From positions 4,045 through 68,044 of the IMG/VR virus record IMGVR_UViG_3300047557_002158: a stretch of 64,000 nucleotides of DNA; one strand, 5' to 3'. The number at the start of each line of letters is the position of its first letter. Positions within the stretch are counted from its first letter, which is position 1. Below, piece by piece: positions 10,001 to 19,327 of this stretch. Made by a program: the position numbers and the translations under genes. The stretch comes from a virus. The notes under the pieces are model-generated. The model saw only the letters and a program-made list of their open reading frames with translations, was not told the origin of the DNA and ran no database searches.

Positions 10001-10725
10001 TAACAGGAAATGTAACAGTTACTGGATTTACAAATTTGGGAAATGTAGGTAATGTCATTATTACTGGCGGTGTTGCAAATCATGTGTTGAGAACTGATGG
10101 CGCAGGCAATCTTTCTTGGGTCGCGCAAACTGGAGGAGGCGGTGGCACCACAGATCAATTTGCTAGAGACACAGCTAACGCAGCATTCACTCAAGCAAAT
10201 TCTGCATTCACTCAAGCAAATACAGGAGGCAGTTTTACATCTCTTACAGTTGATAAATTTACAGGTGATGGAAGTACCACATCATTCACGTTAAGTACAA
10301 TACCATCAAATGAAAACGATACAATTGTAAACATCGAAGGTGTATTACAATTACATTCTTCTTATAATGTTTCAAATTCTATTATAACTTTTGATGGCGC
10401 ACCAGCAAATGGTGTTACAGTGGAAGTTATAACTTTAGGCATTAGAAGTGCAAGTGGTATTACAACAGATAATTTTGTTGGAAACGGAAATACCAACGTA
10501 TTTACATTAAGTACAACACCACCAAATAAAAATTCAACAACAGTAAATTATAATGGTGTTATCTTACTAAGATCAGACTATTCCATTTCTGGTGCAAACT
10601 TGATACTGGATAGCGCACCAGCAAATGGCGCATCTATTGAAGTAACAACTCTTGGTGATGTATCGGTTTCATCATCAATTTCATCAGCTAGATCATTAGG
10701 TTATTCATTAATTTTTGGAGGATAA
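7081..10725 (+). CDS. Long repetitive tail fibre protein
   Basis: IQLKKS...GEIAIN N-terminus, many AN.AF..AN repeats, GGDISGANNI repeats, two C-terminal GDG.T..FTL domains. Confidence 0.85.
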   Translation: MSNTSIQLKKSGQTGNTPSNLAFGEIAINYADGKLYYKDDTGSIDFISNQSSFDTINANNSLILATGVSDTLSFVAGNNISINTNTTTKTITINSTAGNDAYARDTANAAFQKANNALANTNGATFGGDLNVTGKLSVIASSGDEGGEIFLAQAQSNTTLSGGITIDSYQNKIRFFEQGGSARGAYIDLTECVGGAGTNLLNPGATPDSTARATANAAFLQANAAYSSQNTTGTYANSAYNQANTATTNAATADSKAVTAGSYANSAFLVANTADDKAITAGSYANSAFNQANTATNNAAGSSLYANAAFVHANAAFNAANTAGGGSGNAAFIFSGTSNVYFATANGNIVANVGGNTIATVTNTGIQIAGGDLAGANNIYANNFISNNTITISGSGGDISGANNITGNNIIAANGIVAAGLNVVPHLQSAFTAANTPSHVANSAAIYANGAFTKANTDVTDINITSGTFGNSTHIPVVTVSANGRINTISTVAATGGGGGSGNASFISSGTSNVYFTSANGSILANVDGNTIATVTNTGILMSGAEGDLSGANNVYANTFIANTRIRVAGTGGDISGANNITANTFTVNNTIVISGSGGDISGASNITGNNIIAANGVTVAGLNVVPHLQSAFLVANTPSHVANSAALYANGAFIQANTATNNAAGASLYANGAFIQANTATNNAAGASLYANAAFAHANAAFNAANTGGGGGSGNASFIFSGTSNVFFATANGNIVANVGGNTIATVTNTGIQMAGSEGDLSGANNVYANTFIANTKITIGTGIGGNIFGANNIYANTFIANTRIRVDGTGGDISGANNITGNNIIAANGIVAAGLNVVTHLQSAFTAANTPSHVANSAALYANAAFLAANTPSHVANSAAIYANGAFIQANTATNNSAGASLYANGAFIQANTATNNAAGASLYANGAFIQANTATNNAAGASLYANGAFIQANAAYTRANNSLNANTGGTVTGNVTVTGFTNLGNVGNVIITGGVANHVLRTDGAGNLSWVAQTGGGGGTTDQFARDTANAAFTQANSAFTQANTGGSFTSLTVDKFTGDGSTTSFTLSTIPSNENDTIVNIEGVLQLHSSYNVSNSIITFDGAPANGVTVEVITLGIRSASGITTDNFVGNGNTNVFTLSTTPPNKNSTTVNYNGVILLRSDYSISGANLILDSAPANGASIEVTTLGDVSVSSSISSARSLGYSLIFGG
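9730..9948 (+). repeat. 63-bp tandem repeat (YANGAFIQANTATNNAAGASL, about 3.5 copies) in the fibre gene
   Basis: Units start at 9730, 9793, 9856 and 9919; further copies near 9025-9170. Confidence 0.9.
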
Positions 10726-10726
10726 A

Positions 10727-11098
10727 ATGGCAGCACCAAATTTAATTGGAGCAACAAATATATATGGAAAAATAACTGCTGCAAATTTAACATCTAATAC
10801 AGCAACCACTGTTTTAAACAATGCATCAAATTCGGGAAAATGTTTAAAAATAAATACACTAAACGTTTCGAATTACACGAACACCGCAGCATTTATAACA
10901 ATAGGTTGGTATAATGCAGCAAACATTGGAGGAACACAACATGCAATCGTAAGTGCTGTTTCTGTTCCAGCAAACAGCACACTAAACGTTATTGATAAAA
11001 CCAGTCAATATTATCTGGAAGAAAATCAAAGTTTAGGTGCAATTGCTAGTCCTGCAAATTCATTGTCGGTCACATGTAGTTATGAGGATATAAGTTAA
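10727..11098 (+). CDS. Conserved small virion protein
   Basis: ATG at 10727 after GGAGG; MAAPN...YLEE...SYEDIS type seen in fibre islands. Confidence 0.7.
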   Translation: MAAPNLIGATNIYGKITAANLTSNTATTVLNNASNSGKCLKINTLNVSNYTNTAAFITIGWYNAANIGGTQHAIVSAVSVPANSTLNVIDKTSQYYLEENQSLGAIASPANSLSVTCSYEDIS

Positions 11099-11099
11099 C

Positions 11100-12059
11100 A
11101 TGCCCAAAAGATATTTTGGTGGTGTCGTAAGTGCATCAAGACCAGTAGCAAATACTTCTTCAGCTTCCGCATTTTTCAACATAACTGAACAATTACAGCT
11201 GTATCAACTTGGTAGCTGGCCACAAGCAGGAAGACCACCCATTTTAGAATATCTTTTGGTCGCAGGAGGAGGTGCCGGTGGTTATACCACAGCTACTATT
11301 GGTAATGCTGGTGCCGGCGGTGGCGCCGGCGGTTTTGTTACATCAAATAATTTAATCACACCAATTTCAACAATTACGATTACTATTGGTGCAGGTGGAA
11401 CAAGTACATTATCAAGTTCCGCAAATGGATCAAATAGTACAATATCAGCTACGGGCATAACCACATTAACAGCTTTAGGTGGTGGCGCCGGTGGATATGG
11501 TGCAGGATCAAACTTAAATTCTCAACCAGGTAGGGCCGGCGGATCTGGCGGCGGCGGTGTCGGTCAATATCCCGGTGGTTCAGGTTTACAACCAACATCA
11601 AATTCAGGTGGTTTTGGAAACAATGGTGGTACAGGCAATAACAATGCTGCTGGCGGCGGCGGTGCTGGTGCTGCCGGCGGCAACACAGGACAAGCTGGAT
11701 CAGGCGGCATAGGTAGAATTTGGCCTTCTGATTCTAACACCTATTATGCAGGCGGCGGTGGTGCCGGCGCATATGGTACTAATACACCAGGAGTGGGAGG
11801 TGCCGGCGGTGGCGGCGCCGGCCGAGCAGCAAGTGTTAATGGAGATGCAGGAACAGTCAACACCGGCGGTGGCGGTGGTGGAGGCGGCAGCGCTGGAGCT
11901 CAGCTTACAACTGGAGGTTCTGGCGGATCAGGCATTGCAATCATAAGATATCCAGTCAATTATTCAAATGCGGCAAATACAACTGGTTCTCCAACACTTT
12001 CCACTGATGCCAATTATAGATATTATACTTTCACTGGTTCGGGCTCAATTACTTTTTAA
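11100..12059 (+). CDS. Glycine-rich adhesin-like protein (paralogue 1)
   Basis: EYLLVAGGGAGG...GSGIAIIRY...YTFTGSGSITF. Confidence 0.8.
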   Translation: MPKRYFGGVVSASRPVANTSSASAFFNITEQLQLYQLGSWPQAGRPPILEYLLVAGGGAGGYTTATIGNAGAGGGAGGFVTSNNLITPISTITITIGAGGTSTLSSSANGSNSTISATGITTLTALGGGAGGYGAGSNLNSQPGRAGGSGGGGVGQYPGGSGLQPTSNSGGFGNNGGTGNNNAAGGGGAGAAGGNTGQAGSGGIGRIWPSDSNTYYAGGGGAGAYGTNTPGVGGAGGGGAGRAASVNGDAGTVNTGGGGGGGGSAGAQLTTGGSGGSGIAIIRYPVNYSNAANTTGSPTLSTDANYRYYTFTGSGSITF

Positions 12060-12115
12060 TCAAAATGCATTCATAAATATTTTTAGAAAAATCATGTGAC
12101 ACAAACAGGACAAAA

Positions 12116-15100
12116 ATGTCAATTACTTTAATAAAACCGTATAATTTAGATACAACAGCAAATTACACATTCAATCAAATAGTAGCAAGTTCTGCTATTA
12201 TTAATGGTAATGATATTTCTTCTGGTGGTGGCCCAAAAATAACAAACATACAAGTTACAGATAGTTCTTACAATGTTTTGGACGATACTGCTGTAAGCAT
12301 ATCTGGTGGTTATATAAAAATAACTGGAACAGGTTTTGCTTCTGCTTGCCAAGTTTTAATTAATAACACTCCAGCCACATCAACAACTTTTGTAAGCGCA
12401 ACAGAAGTTAGAGCACAAGTTCCTGCAACTGCTGCTGGAACATATGTTGTGTATTTGGTAAATACAGATGGCGGCGTTGCTATCAGAGTTAATGGTATTA
12501 CATTTAGTGGAACACCTACTTGGTCAACATCAAGTACACTTCCATCAGGTGGTGTAGATATATCAATTCAATTAGTTGCAACAGGTGATGGCACAGTTAC
12601 ATACTCTTTGGCTGCAGGAAGCAGTTTACCAACTGGCGTAACACTTTCAAGTAGTGGTTTGTTGAGTGGAACTGTAACTGGAATAACAGGAGAAACAACA
12701 TACAGTTTTACTATAATTGCAATAGACTCAGAATTACAGGATAGTCCTAGAACATTTAGTATTACAGTCACATTTTCGGATACAAATTTTCCTTATGTGA
12801 CTACTTTGTTCAGTGCGAACACCGCAACTTTACCATACGACAGTGATGCCAGCAACAATAGCTTTGTGATAACACCAAATGGTGATGCTAGACCCAATAA
12901 TTTTAATCCTTATACACCTGGTTATTATAGTAATTATTTTGATGGTACTGGGGATTATTTAACACTTCCCACCAGTCAAGCAGCTTTGCAACCTGGATCT
13001 GGAGATTTCACAATAGAATTTTGGTACTATACTTCAACTACACCATCGAATTATATAAATTTATTTTCTTATAACTCAACCGGTGATGCTTTACGACTAT
13101 TCCTTTATACTACAAATGCCTTACAATTATGGACTGGTGCAACACAAACTATAGTATCAGCAAATGATGTACATGTTGCTAATAGATGGAATCATGTAGC
13201 TATAGCAAGAGTTGGTACCACAATTACAATGTACATGAATGGAACAAGTATTGGCACAGCAACCAATAGTACAAATTATGTAGGCAATTTAAATATTGCG
13301 TTTGAAAGTGGGCAACTAGCATTTACAGGTTACATTAGCAATTTTAGAGTTGTCAAAGGCACAGCACTTTATACCTCAGCGTTTACTCCACCTACAACAC
13401 CATTAACCGCAGTATCCAACACCAGTTTATTAACCTGCCAATCCAATCGTTTTATAGACACATCAAATAATTCTTTTACCATCACAAGAAATGGTGATGT
13501 TAAAGTCGAAGGATTTGATCCATTTGTGCCGGCCGCGGAATTTGCAGCCCGTGGTAGCACATACTTTGATGGTACTGGGGATTATTTGACTATTGCTGAC
13601 ACTGCAAATATTCAACCTGGAACAGGTGATTGCACATGGGAAGCATGGATATACCCATTGAGTTTACCCAGTGCAGGTAACTATAAAACTTTGTGGGCAC
13701 AAAGAAATAACAGCGATGAAGAAGGTGGAGCAGCAATAGTCTTTAATAGTTCAGGTAATTACCAGTATTTTATTGCAAACGCAGCAGCCAATGCCTGGCA
13801 GGTAAGTGGTGGTAGTACAGGATTCAGTGTACTCTTAAATCAATGGCAACATGTGGCATTAGTAAGATCAGGTAACACTATGACAATGTACCTCAATGGT
13901 GTCGCAGGGACCACGGCTAGTGTATCAACAGGTGCTATTGGAACTAGCGGTAATCTTACGTTGATGGCAGGTGCAACCAACGGTATACAAACCGTAGACG
14001 GATACATGAGCAACTTTAGATTTGTAAAAGGTACCGCAGTATATACCTCAACATTTACCCCATCAACTTCACCCTTAACCGCAGTAGCCAACACCAATTT
14101 ATTGACATGTCAAACCAATCAACCTGACAATAACAACATTTTCATAGACAACAGTACGAACAACTTCTTAGTAACAAGAAACGGTAATACCACGCAGGGA
14201 ACATTCAGTCCATATGGTGCATTATGGAGTAATTACTTTGATGGTACTGGAGATTGTTTAAGTCTTTCTAATAGTGCTATGACATTAGGAAGTGGTGATT
14301 TCACAATAGAAATGTGGGTTTATTTAAATGCTCTACCAACCAGCAATGATTGGCCAGGTGCATTTAATAATTGTGCATCACTAGTTAGTGTTGGTACATT
14401 AAACGCGGCCGATGGATTCAACTGTATAATCGGTAGCACCCAAATGTTCTGCCAAAATAATGACACTAAGTATGGTACGGCATTGCATGGCATGGTTGTC
14501 GGTACGTGGTATCATTTAGCTTATGTGAGAAGTGGAAACACCATATATTTTTATGTGAACGGTGTACAAAAAGGCAGTGTAGCCTTTACTGGTTCTATTG
14601 GCACTGGAGCATTTACTTGGATTGGGTGTGAGTCCGGTCAAGGTGCATACATAAATGGTTATATGAGTAACGTTAGAGTTGTAAAAGGCACAGCACTCTA
14701 TACCACAACATTTACTCCATCCACTTCACCATTAACAGCAGTAGCCAATACCAGTTTACTGACTTGCACAGACAACAGATTCATCGATGATAGTCCAAAT
14801 AACTTTACCATCACAAGAAGCGGTGATGTAAGCGTACAAAGATTTAGTCCTTTTAGTCCACAAACCGCAAATACTTTTTACAGTGGTTATTTTGATGGTG
14901 ATGGTGATTCTTTAACTGTTCCGGCAAGCACTGCATTCAGTTTTGGAACAGCTGACTTTACTGTAGAATGCTGGGTGTATTATCCCTCTATATCCAATAC
15001 TAATGGAAAAATGGTAATTGATGCACGGCCAACAAGCACAAACGGAAGTTATTGGAATATGGGTGCTGGTAGCACAGGTATAATGGCGTTTACTACTATG

Positions 15101-16726
15101 ACCGTAAGTGGTACCACAGTTTCCGACACGGTGGCTAGACCAAATCAATGGGTTCATTATGCTGCAACCAGATCAGGTACAAACCTTAGATTATTTGCCA
15201 ACGGCACACTAGTGGCTTCGGCCATAGACTCATCAAATATATCATCCAGCGGTTTACGCATAGGCACAAATGCTTTTTCTGGTGCAGCCACTGACACTTT
15301 TTGGTTAGGATATATTTCTAATGTACGAATAATCAAAGGCACAGCACTTTACACCTCAACATTTACTCCATCCACTTCACCATTAACCGCAGTATCTAAT
15401 ACCAGTTTATTAACCTGTCAAAGTGCAACTTTTATAGATAATTCAACTAATAACTTTACTATCACGGTTAATGGTAATTCTAGACCAACCACAGTTGCAC
15501 CATTCACATCAAATACAACAACAGGAGTTGATTACTCACCAAGTGTATATGGTGGCAGTATGTATTTTGATGGCACTGGAGATTATTTGTCATGTAGTAA
15601 TTCGGCTTTAGCAATGGGAACCGGATCATTTACATGGGAAGCATGGATATACTGGACAACAGGTTCTGGATACAGACAAATATTTTCAACTAGAACCACA
15701 AACGGATCATCAACTGCACAGGGCAGTTTAGCTTTAGTTGCAACCACTAACTATCTAGTATGGTATACTAATGCTGCTATAATAACTACAAGTGTTGCAG
15801 TACCATCTAATACATGGGCACACATTGCTGTAGTGCGAAATGGAACATCACTCGTCTTATATCTAAATGGCATAAACGTGGGTAGCGCAACAAACAGTGA
15901 CAATTTGACTGCTAGTGTGTTTAGTATTGGTGCAAACAACGATGGTAGTGAACCGTTTGCGGGATATATTTCAAATGTCAGAGTAATTAGAGGTCAAGCA
16001 ATATATACCTCAAACTTTGCACCCCCTACTGCACCATTAACCGCAGTCAGAAACACCAGTTTATTATTAAACGGCACCAGTGCTGGCATCTATGACAGTT
16101 CAATGATGAATAACTATGAAACTGTAGGTAATACTAGCTTAGTAACAAATATAGAAAAGTATGGTAATAGTAGTTTATATTTTGATGGCACTGGTGATTA
16201 TATGTTAGTTGCGCCTAATGTTAATTTAGAGTTTGGATCTGGTGACTTTACTATTGAGTTTTGGTTATACCGAGTTGGCAGTGGAAGAATGGCTTTATAC
16301 CACGGTAGTTTCGGAACCGACTGGAGTGTTGGTATAGATATATCAAGCGTAAGCCCGAATACAAGTAACACCATTGGTATCTGGGCTAGCAGTAACGGTA
16401 CATCATGGAATTTGATCAATGCCGATAGTGGTGGTAATGGTATAGGTACTATTGCAGTGGCACAAAATACATGGACTCATATTGCTTATGTTCGCAATGG
16501 TACAACTTGGATGTCCTTTATCAATGGTGTAAGAGATAGAAATATAACTGGAGTTAGCGGTTCTATTGTTAATCGTGCAACTTCGCAAAAAGCCATTGGT
16601 GCATGGTTCTCAGACCCTTCTATGGCTAAGATAAATGGTTACATTAATGACTTCCGTATAACAAAAGGAATAGCTCGTTATACTGCCAACTTCACGCCAT
16701 CTTCATTACCATTTAATCCAAGGTAA
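12116..16726 (+). CDS. Large virion protein with IPT/Ig-like domains and six LamG (concanavalin A-like) domains
   Basis: Six YFDG.GD...FT.E.W...W.H.A..R.G...GYISN.R repeats; CATAAATA late promoter at 12072. Confidence 0.88.
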   Translation: MSITLIKPYNLDTTANYTFNQIVASSAIINGNDISSGGGPKITNIQVTDSSYNVLDDTAVSISGGYIKITGTGFASACQVLINNTPATSTTFVSATEVRAQVPATAAGTYVVYLVNTDGGVAIRVNGITFSGTPTWSTSSTLPSGGVDISIQLVATGDGTVTYSLAAGSSLPTGVTLSSSGLLSGTVTGITGETTYSFTIIAIDSELQDSPRTFSITVTFSDTNFPYVTTLFSANTATLPYDSDASNNSFVITPNGDARPNNFNPYTPGYYSNYFDGTGDYLTLPTSQAALQPGSGDFTIEFWYYTSTTPSNYINLFSYNSTGDALRLFLYTTNALQLWTGATQTIVSANDVHVANRWNHVAIARVGTTITMYMNGTSIGTATNSTNYVGNLNIAFESGQLAFTGYISNFRVVKGTALYTSAFTPPTTPLTAVSNTSLLTCQSNRFIDTSNNSFTITRNGDVKVEGFDPFVPAAEFAARGSTYFDGTGDYLTIADTANIQPGTGDCTWEAWIYPLSLPSAGNYKTLWAQRNNSDEEGGAAIVFNSSGNYQYFIANAAANAWQVSGGSTGFSVLLNQWQHVALVRSGNTMTMYLNGVAGTTASVSTGAIGTSGNLTLMAGATNGIQTVDGYMSNFRFVKGTAVYTSTFTPSTSPLTAVANTNLLTCQTNQPDNNNIFIDNSTNNFLVTRNGNTTQGTFSPYGALWSNYFDGTGDCLSLSNSAMTLGSGDFTIEMWVYLNALPTSNDWPGAFNNCASLVSVGTLNAADGFNCIIGSTQMFCQNNDTKYGTALHGMVVGTWYHLAYVRSGNTIYFYVNGVQKGSVAFTGSIGTGAFTWIGCESGQGAYINGYMSNVRVVKGTALYTTTFTPSTSPLTAVANTSLLTCTDNRFIDDSPNNFTITRSGDVSVQRFSPFSPQTANTFYSGYFDGDGDSLTVPASTAFSFGTADFTVECWVYYPSISNTNGKMVIDARPTSTNGSYWNMGAGSTGIMAFTTMTVSGTTVSDTVARPNQWVHYAATRSGTNLRLFANGTLVASAIDSSNISSSGLRIGTNAFSGAATDTFWLGYISNVRIIKGTALYTSTFTPSTSPLTAVSNTSLLTCQSATFIDNSTNNFTITVNGNSRPTTVAPFTSNTTTGVDYSPSVYGGSMYFDGTGDYLSCSNSALAMGTGSFTWEAWIYWTTGSGYRQIFSTRTTNGSSTAQGSLALVATTNYLVWYTNAAIITTSVAVPSNTWAHIAVVRNGTSLVLYLNGINVGSATNSDNLTASVFSIGANNDGSEPFAGYISNVRVIRGQAIYTSNFAPPTAPLTAVRNTSLLLNGTSAGIYDSSMMNNYETVGNTSLVTNIEKYGNSSLYFDGTGDYMLVAPNVNLEFGSGDFTIEFWLYRVGSGRMALYHGSFGTDWSVGIDISSVSPNTSNTIGIWASSNGTSWNLINADSGGNGIGTIAVAQNTWTHIAYVRNGTTWMSFINGVRDRNITGVSGSIVNRATSQKAIGAWFSDPSMAKINGYINDFRITKGIARYTANFTPSSLPFNPR

Positions 16727-16731
16727 AAAAA

Positions 16732-17568
16732 ATGCCCATATCATTAGGATCCGGAGTAAGATTAGGAGCTGGTGTTAGAATTTCTAGCCCTGTTATTCCA
16801 TTAGAAATTGAATACTTAATTGTTGCTGGTGGCGGCGGTGGTGCATCAGAAGGAAGCTACGTTGGAGCCGGTGGTGGCGGCGCCGGTGGTTTGTTATTAG
16901 GATCTGGTACTAGTTTCAGTAAAGGAGTTGCCTACACGATTACCATCGGTGCCGGTGGTGCAGGTCGAACAGGTGTACAAGGAGTTGGCTTTCAGGGAGG
17001 AAATACTAGCATAATAGGGTCTGACGTTTCAATTACTTCGGTCGGCGGCGGCGCTGGAGGCCGAGGTCCTAATACAGCTGGTAACGGAGGTTCGGGCGGT
17101 GGAACTGCTGGCAATTCGGGAACAGTGGGTAAAGGTGTTTACCCCGGATCAACTTTCATCAGTGCTGCTAGACAAGGTTATGATGGCGGCCTAGGAACTG
17201 GAACATACGGCGGAACATCATGTACAGGTGGAGGAGGCGGCGGTTCAGCAGGAGTTGGTGTTAATATCACTGGTGGTGCAGGAACTGCAAGTTCGATCAG
17301 TGGAGCTTCTGTAACTTATGCAGCCGGCGGTAACGGAGGCGAGCCTTACGCTGGTGGTAGCAGTTCGGCAGCAAATAATACTGGTAATGGCGGAGCAGGT
17401 GCCGGTGGCCTCTCTAACACCAGCGGAAGTGGAGGATCTGGCGTAGTAATTATAAGATATGCCGATACTTTTGCTGCAGCGGCTAACACCACAGGTAGTC
17501 CAACAGTTAATGTTTCTGGTGGTTATAGAATATATACTTTCACTGGTTCAGGTTCAATTACATTTTAA
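16732..17568 (+). CDS. Glycine-rich adhesin-like protein (paralogue 2)
   Basis: EYLIVAGGGGG and the same C-terminus as 11100. Confidence 0.8.
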   Translation: MPISLGSGVRLGAGVRISSPVIPLEIEYLIVAGGGGGASEGSYVGAGGGGAGGLLLGSGTSFSKGVAYTITIGAGGAGRTGVQGVGFQGGNTSIIGSDVSITSVGGGAGGRGPNTAGNGGSGGGTAGNSGTVGKGVYPGSTFISAARQGYDGGLGTGTYGGTSCTGGGGGGSAGVGVNITGGAGTASSISGASVTYAAGGNGGEPYAGGSSSAANNTGNGGAGAGGLSNTSGSGGSGVVIIRYADTFAAAANTTGSPTVNVSGGYRIYTFTGSGSITF

Positions 17569-17580
17569 AAAGAGAAAGCT

Positions 17581-18465
17581 ATGCCATTAGAAATAGGAGC
17601 TGGGGTAACATTTGGTTCGGGAATTGAAATTTTAATGCCGACCCCGGTGGTTTTTTCAGTTGAATATCTAGTAGTAGCCGGTGGCGCTAGTGGAGCTTGG
17701 AGTACAGATACTGTTGGAACTGGCGGCGGCGGTGCCGGCGGACTCTTATCTAATACACAAACAGTAAGTTCTGGCACTACTTATACTGTAGTTGTTGGTG
17801 CCGGTGGTGCGACTCAAACATCAACTAATTCACCAGGCAATAATGGAAGTAATTCAAGTTTTGATATTATAACTTCTTATGGTGGTGGTGGCGGAGGATT
17901 TTGGACTGATACTGCTGCAAATGGTGGTGCTCGAAATGGTGGATCAGGCGGCGGCCGAGCTTCATCTACAACCAACGCAACACATATTGGCCGAGGAGTT
18001 TATCCTGGATCTTCATACATAGATGCTCCTAGACAAGGTTATGATGGTGGTAATGGCGCAGGAACCGGTCCAGTAGGTCAAGCTTCAACCTCTGGCGGCG
18101 GCGGTGGTGGTGCCGGCGGAGCTGGCGGTAACTCACAATTTAGAGACATTGGTGGTTCGGGAGGTGTTGGTGTAAATAGTTCAATAACAGGAACAACAGT
18201 TACTTATGCAACAGGTGGCACAGGCGGCACAAGATATATTAGTCCTGGTGGAGGTACTCCTGTTGCCGGAGCAGTAAATACAGGTAACGGTGGCGGCGGC
18301 GGCAATGGTAATAATATTGGAGCCGCTGGCGGTTCAGGTATAGTTGTACTAAGATATGCCGATACTTTTGCTGCAGCTGCCAACACTACAGGAAGCCCAA
18401 CAGTTACAGTTTCTGGTGGTTACAGAATATATAAATTTACAGGTTCTGGTTCAATTACATTTTAA
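17581..18465 (+). CDS. Glycine-rich adhesin-like protein (paralogue 3)
   Basis: EYLVVAGG and conserved C-terminus. Confidence 0.8.
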   Translation: MPLEIGAGVTFGSGIEILMPTPVVFSVEYLVVAGGASGAWSTDTVGTGGGGAGGLLSNTQTVSSGTTYTVVVGAGGATQTSTNSPGNNGSNSSFDIITSYGGGGGGFWTDTAANGGARNGGSGGGRASSTTNATHIGRGVYPGSSYIDAPRQGYDGGNGAGTGPVGQASTSGGGGGGAGGAGGNSQFRDIGGSGGVGVNSSITGTTVTYATGGTGGTRYISPGGGTPVAGAVNTGNGGGGGNGNNIGAAGGSGIVVLRYADTFAAAANTTGSPTVTVSGGYRIYKFTGSGSITF

Positions 18466-18476
18466 AGAAAAAATAA

Positions 18477-19307
18477 ATGGGAATTAATATAGGCACAGGA
18501 ATTCGTATTGGTGGTGGATTAAGATTTAATAACCTTTTAACGTTTCCAACAGTTTCTTCAGTTGAATATTTAATCGCAGCCGGTGGCGGTGGTGGTGGTG
18601 GACATTTTGGTGGCGGTGGCGGTGCTGGTGGTTTGTTAACAGGAAATGTTTCCGTTAGTAGCGCCACACAATATACAGTGACAGTTGGCGCTGGAGGAAC
18701 AGCTGGCCCAACTTATCCAAGCTCTTCGACCGGCGGCAATGGAGGCAACTCATCATTTTCCGTTTTTGGTACCACAGCTATTGGCGGTGGTGGTGGCGGT
18801 ACCCGCATAAATGTAAATAATGGTTGGGTCGGCCAAAACGGAGGTTCTGGTGGCGGCGGAGGAAACGAAAATGGTACCACTGCTGGTACAGGTACATCTG
18901 GCCAAGGAAATAATGGCGGCGCCGGATATAATGGCGGTGCAGATTCTGCTGGTGGAGGTGGTGGAGGTGCAAGTTCCGCTGGCGGTGCAGCAAGTTTTCA
19001 AACGGGAGGAGCCGCAGGTAATGGTACTTCTTCATCCATATCAAGTTCTTCAGTGGTTTATTCCAAAGGCGGTAGCGGTGCATCAGGATCAGTTCGTGGC
19101 ACCAGTGGCGGTGGAGTAAATACTGGTGGTGGCGGTGCAGGTTCTCAAGCAAATGCCGGTGGTGATGCAGGAAGTTCAGGTGTTGTCATCATAAGATATC
19201 CAGATTCTTTTGCTGCAGCTGCCAACACTACAGGCAGTCCAACCATCACAGTTTCTGGTGGTTATAGAATATATAGATTTACTGGTTCAGGTTCAATTAC
19301 ATTTTAA
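18477..19307 (+). CDS. Glycine-rich adhesin-like protein (paralogue 4)
   Basis: EYLIAAGGGGG and conserved C-terminus. Confidence 0.8.
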   Translation: MGINIGTGIRIGGGLRFNNLLTFPTVSSVEYLIAAGGGGGGGHFGGGGGAGGLLTGNVSVSSATQYTVTVGAGGTAGPTYPSSSTGGNGGNSSFSVFGTTAIGGGGGGTRINVNNGWVGQNGGSGGGGGNENGTTAGTGTSGQGNNGGAGYNGGADSAGGGGGGASSAGGAASFQTGGAAGNGTSSSISSSSVVYSKGGSGASGSVRGTSGGGVNTGGGGAGSQANAGGDAGSSGVVIIRYPDSFAAAANTTGSPTITVSGGYRIYRFTGSGSITF

Positions 19308-19327
19308 ATATTTTTCTATTAATCAAT

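Noticed and set aside
16732-19307. Diversity-generating retroelement suggested by repeated 3' gene ends
   Set aside because: Differences between copies are mostly synonymous and not adenine-specific, all copies are coding, and no reverse transcriptase is in the window
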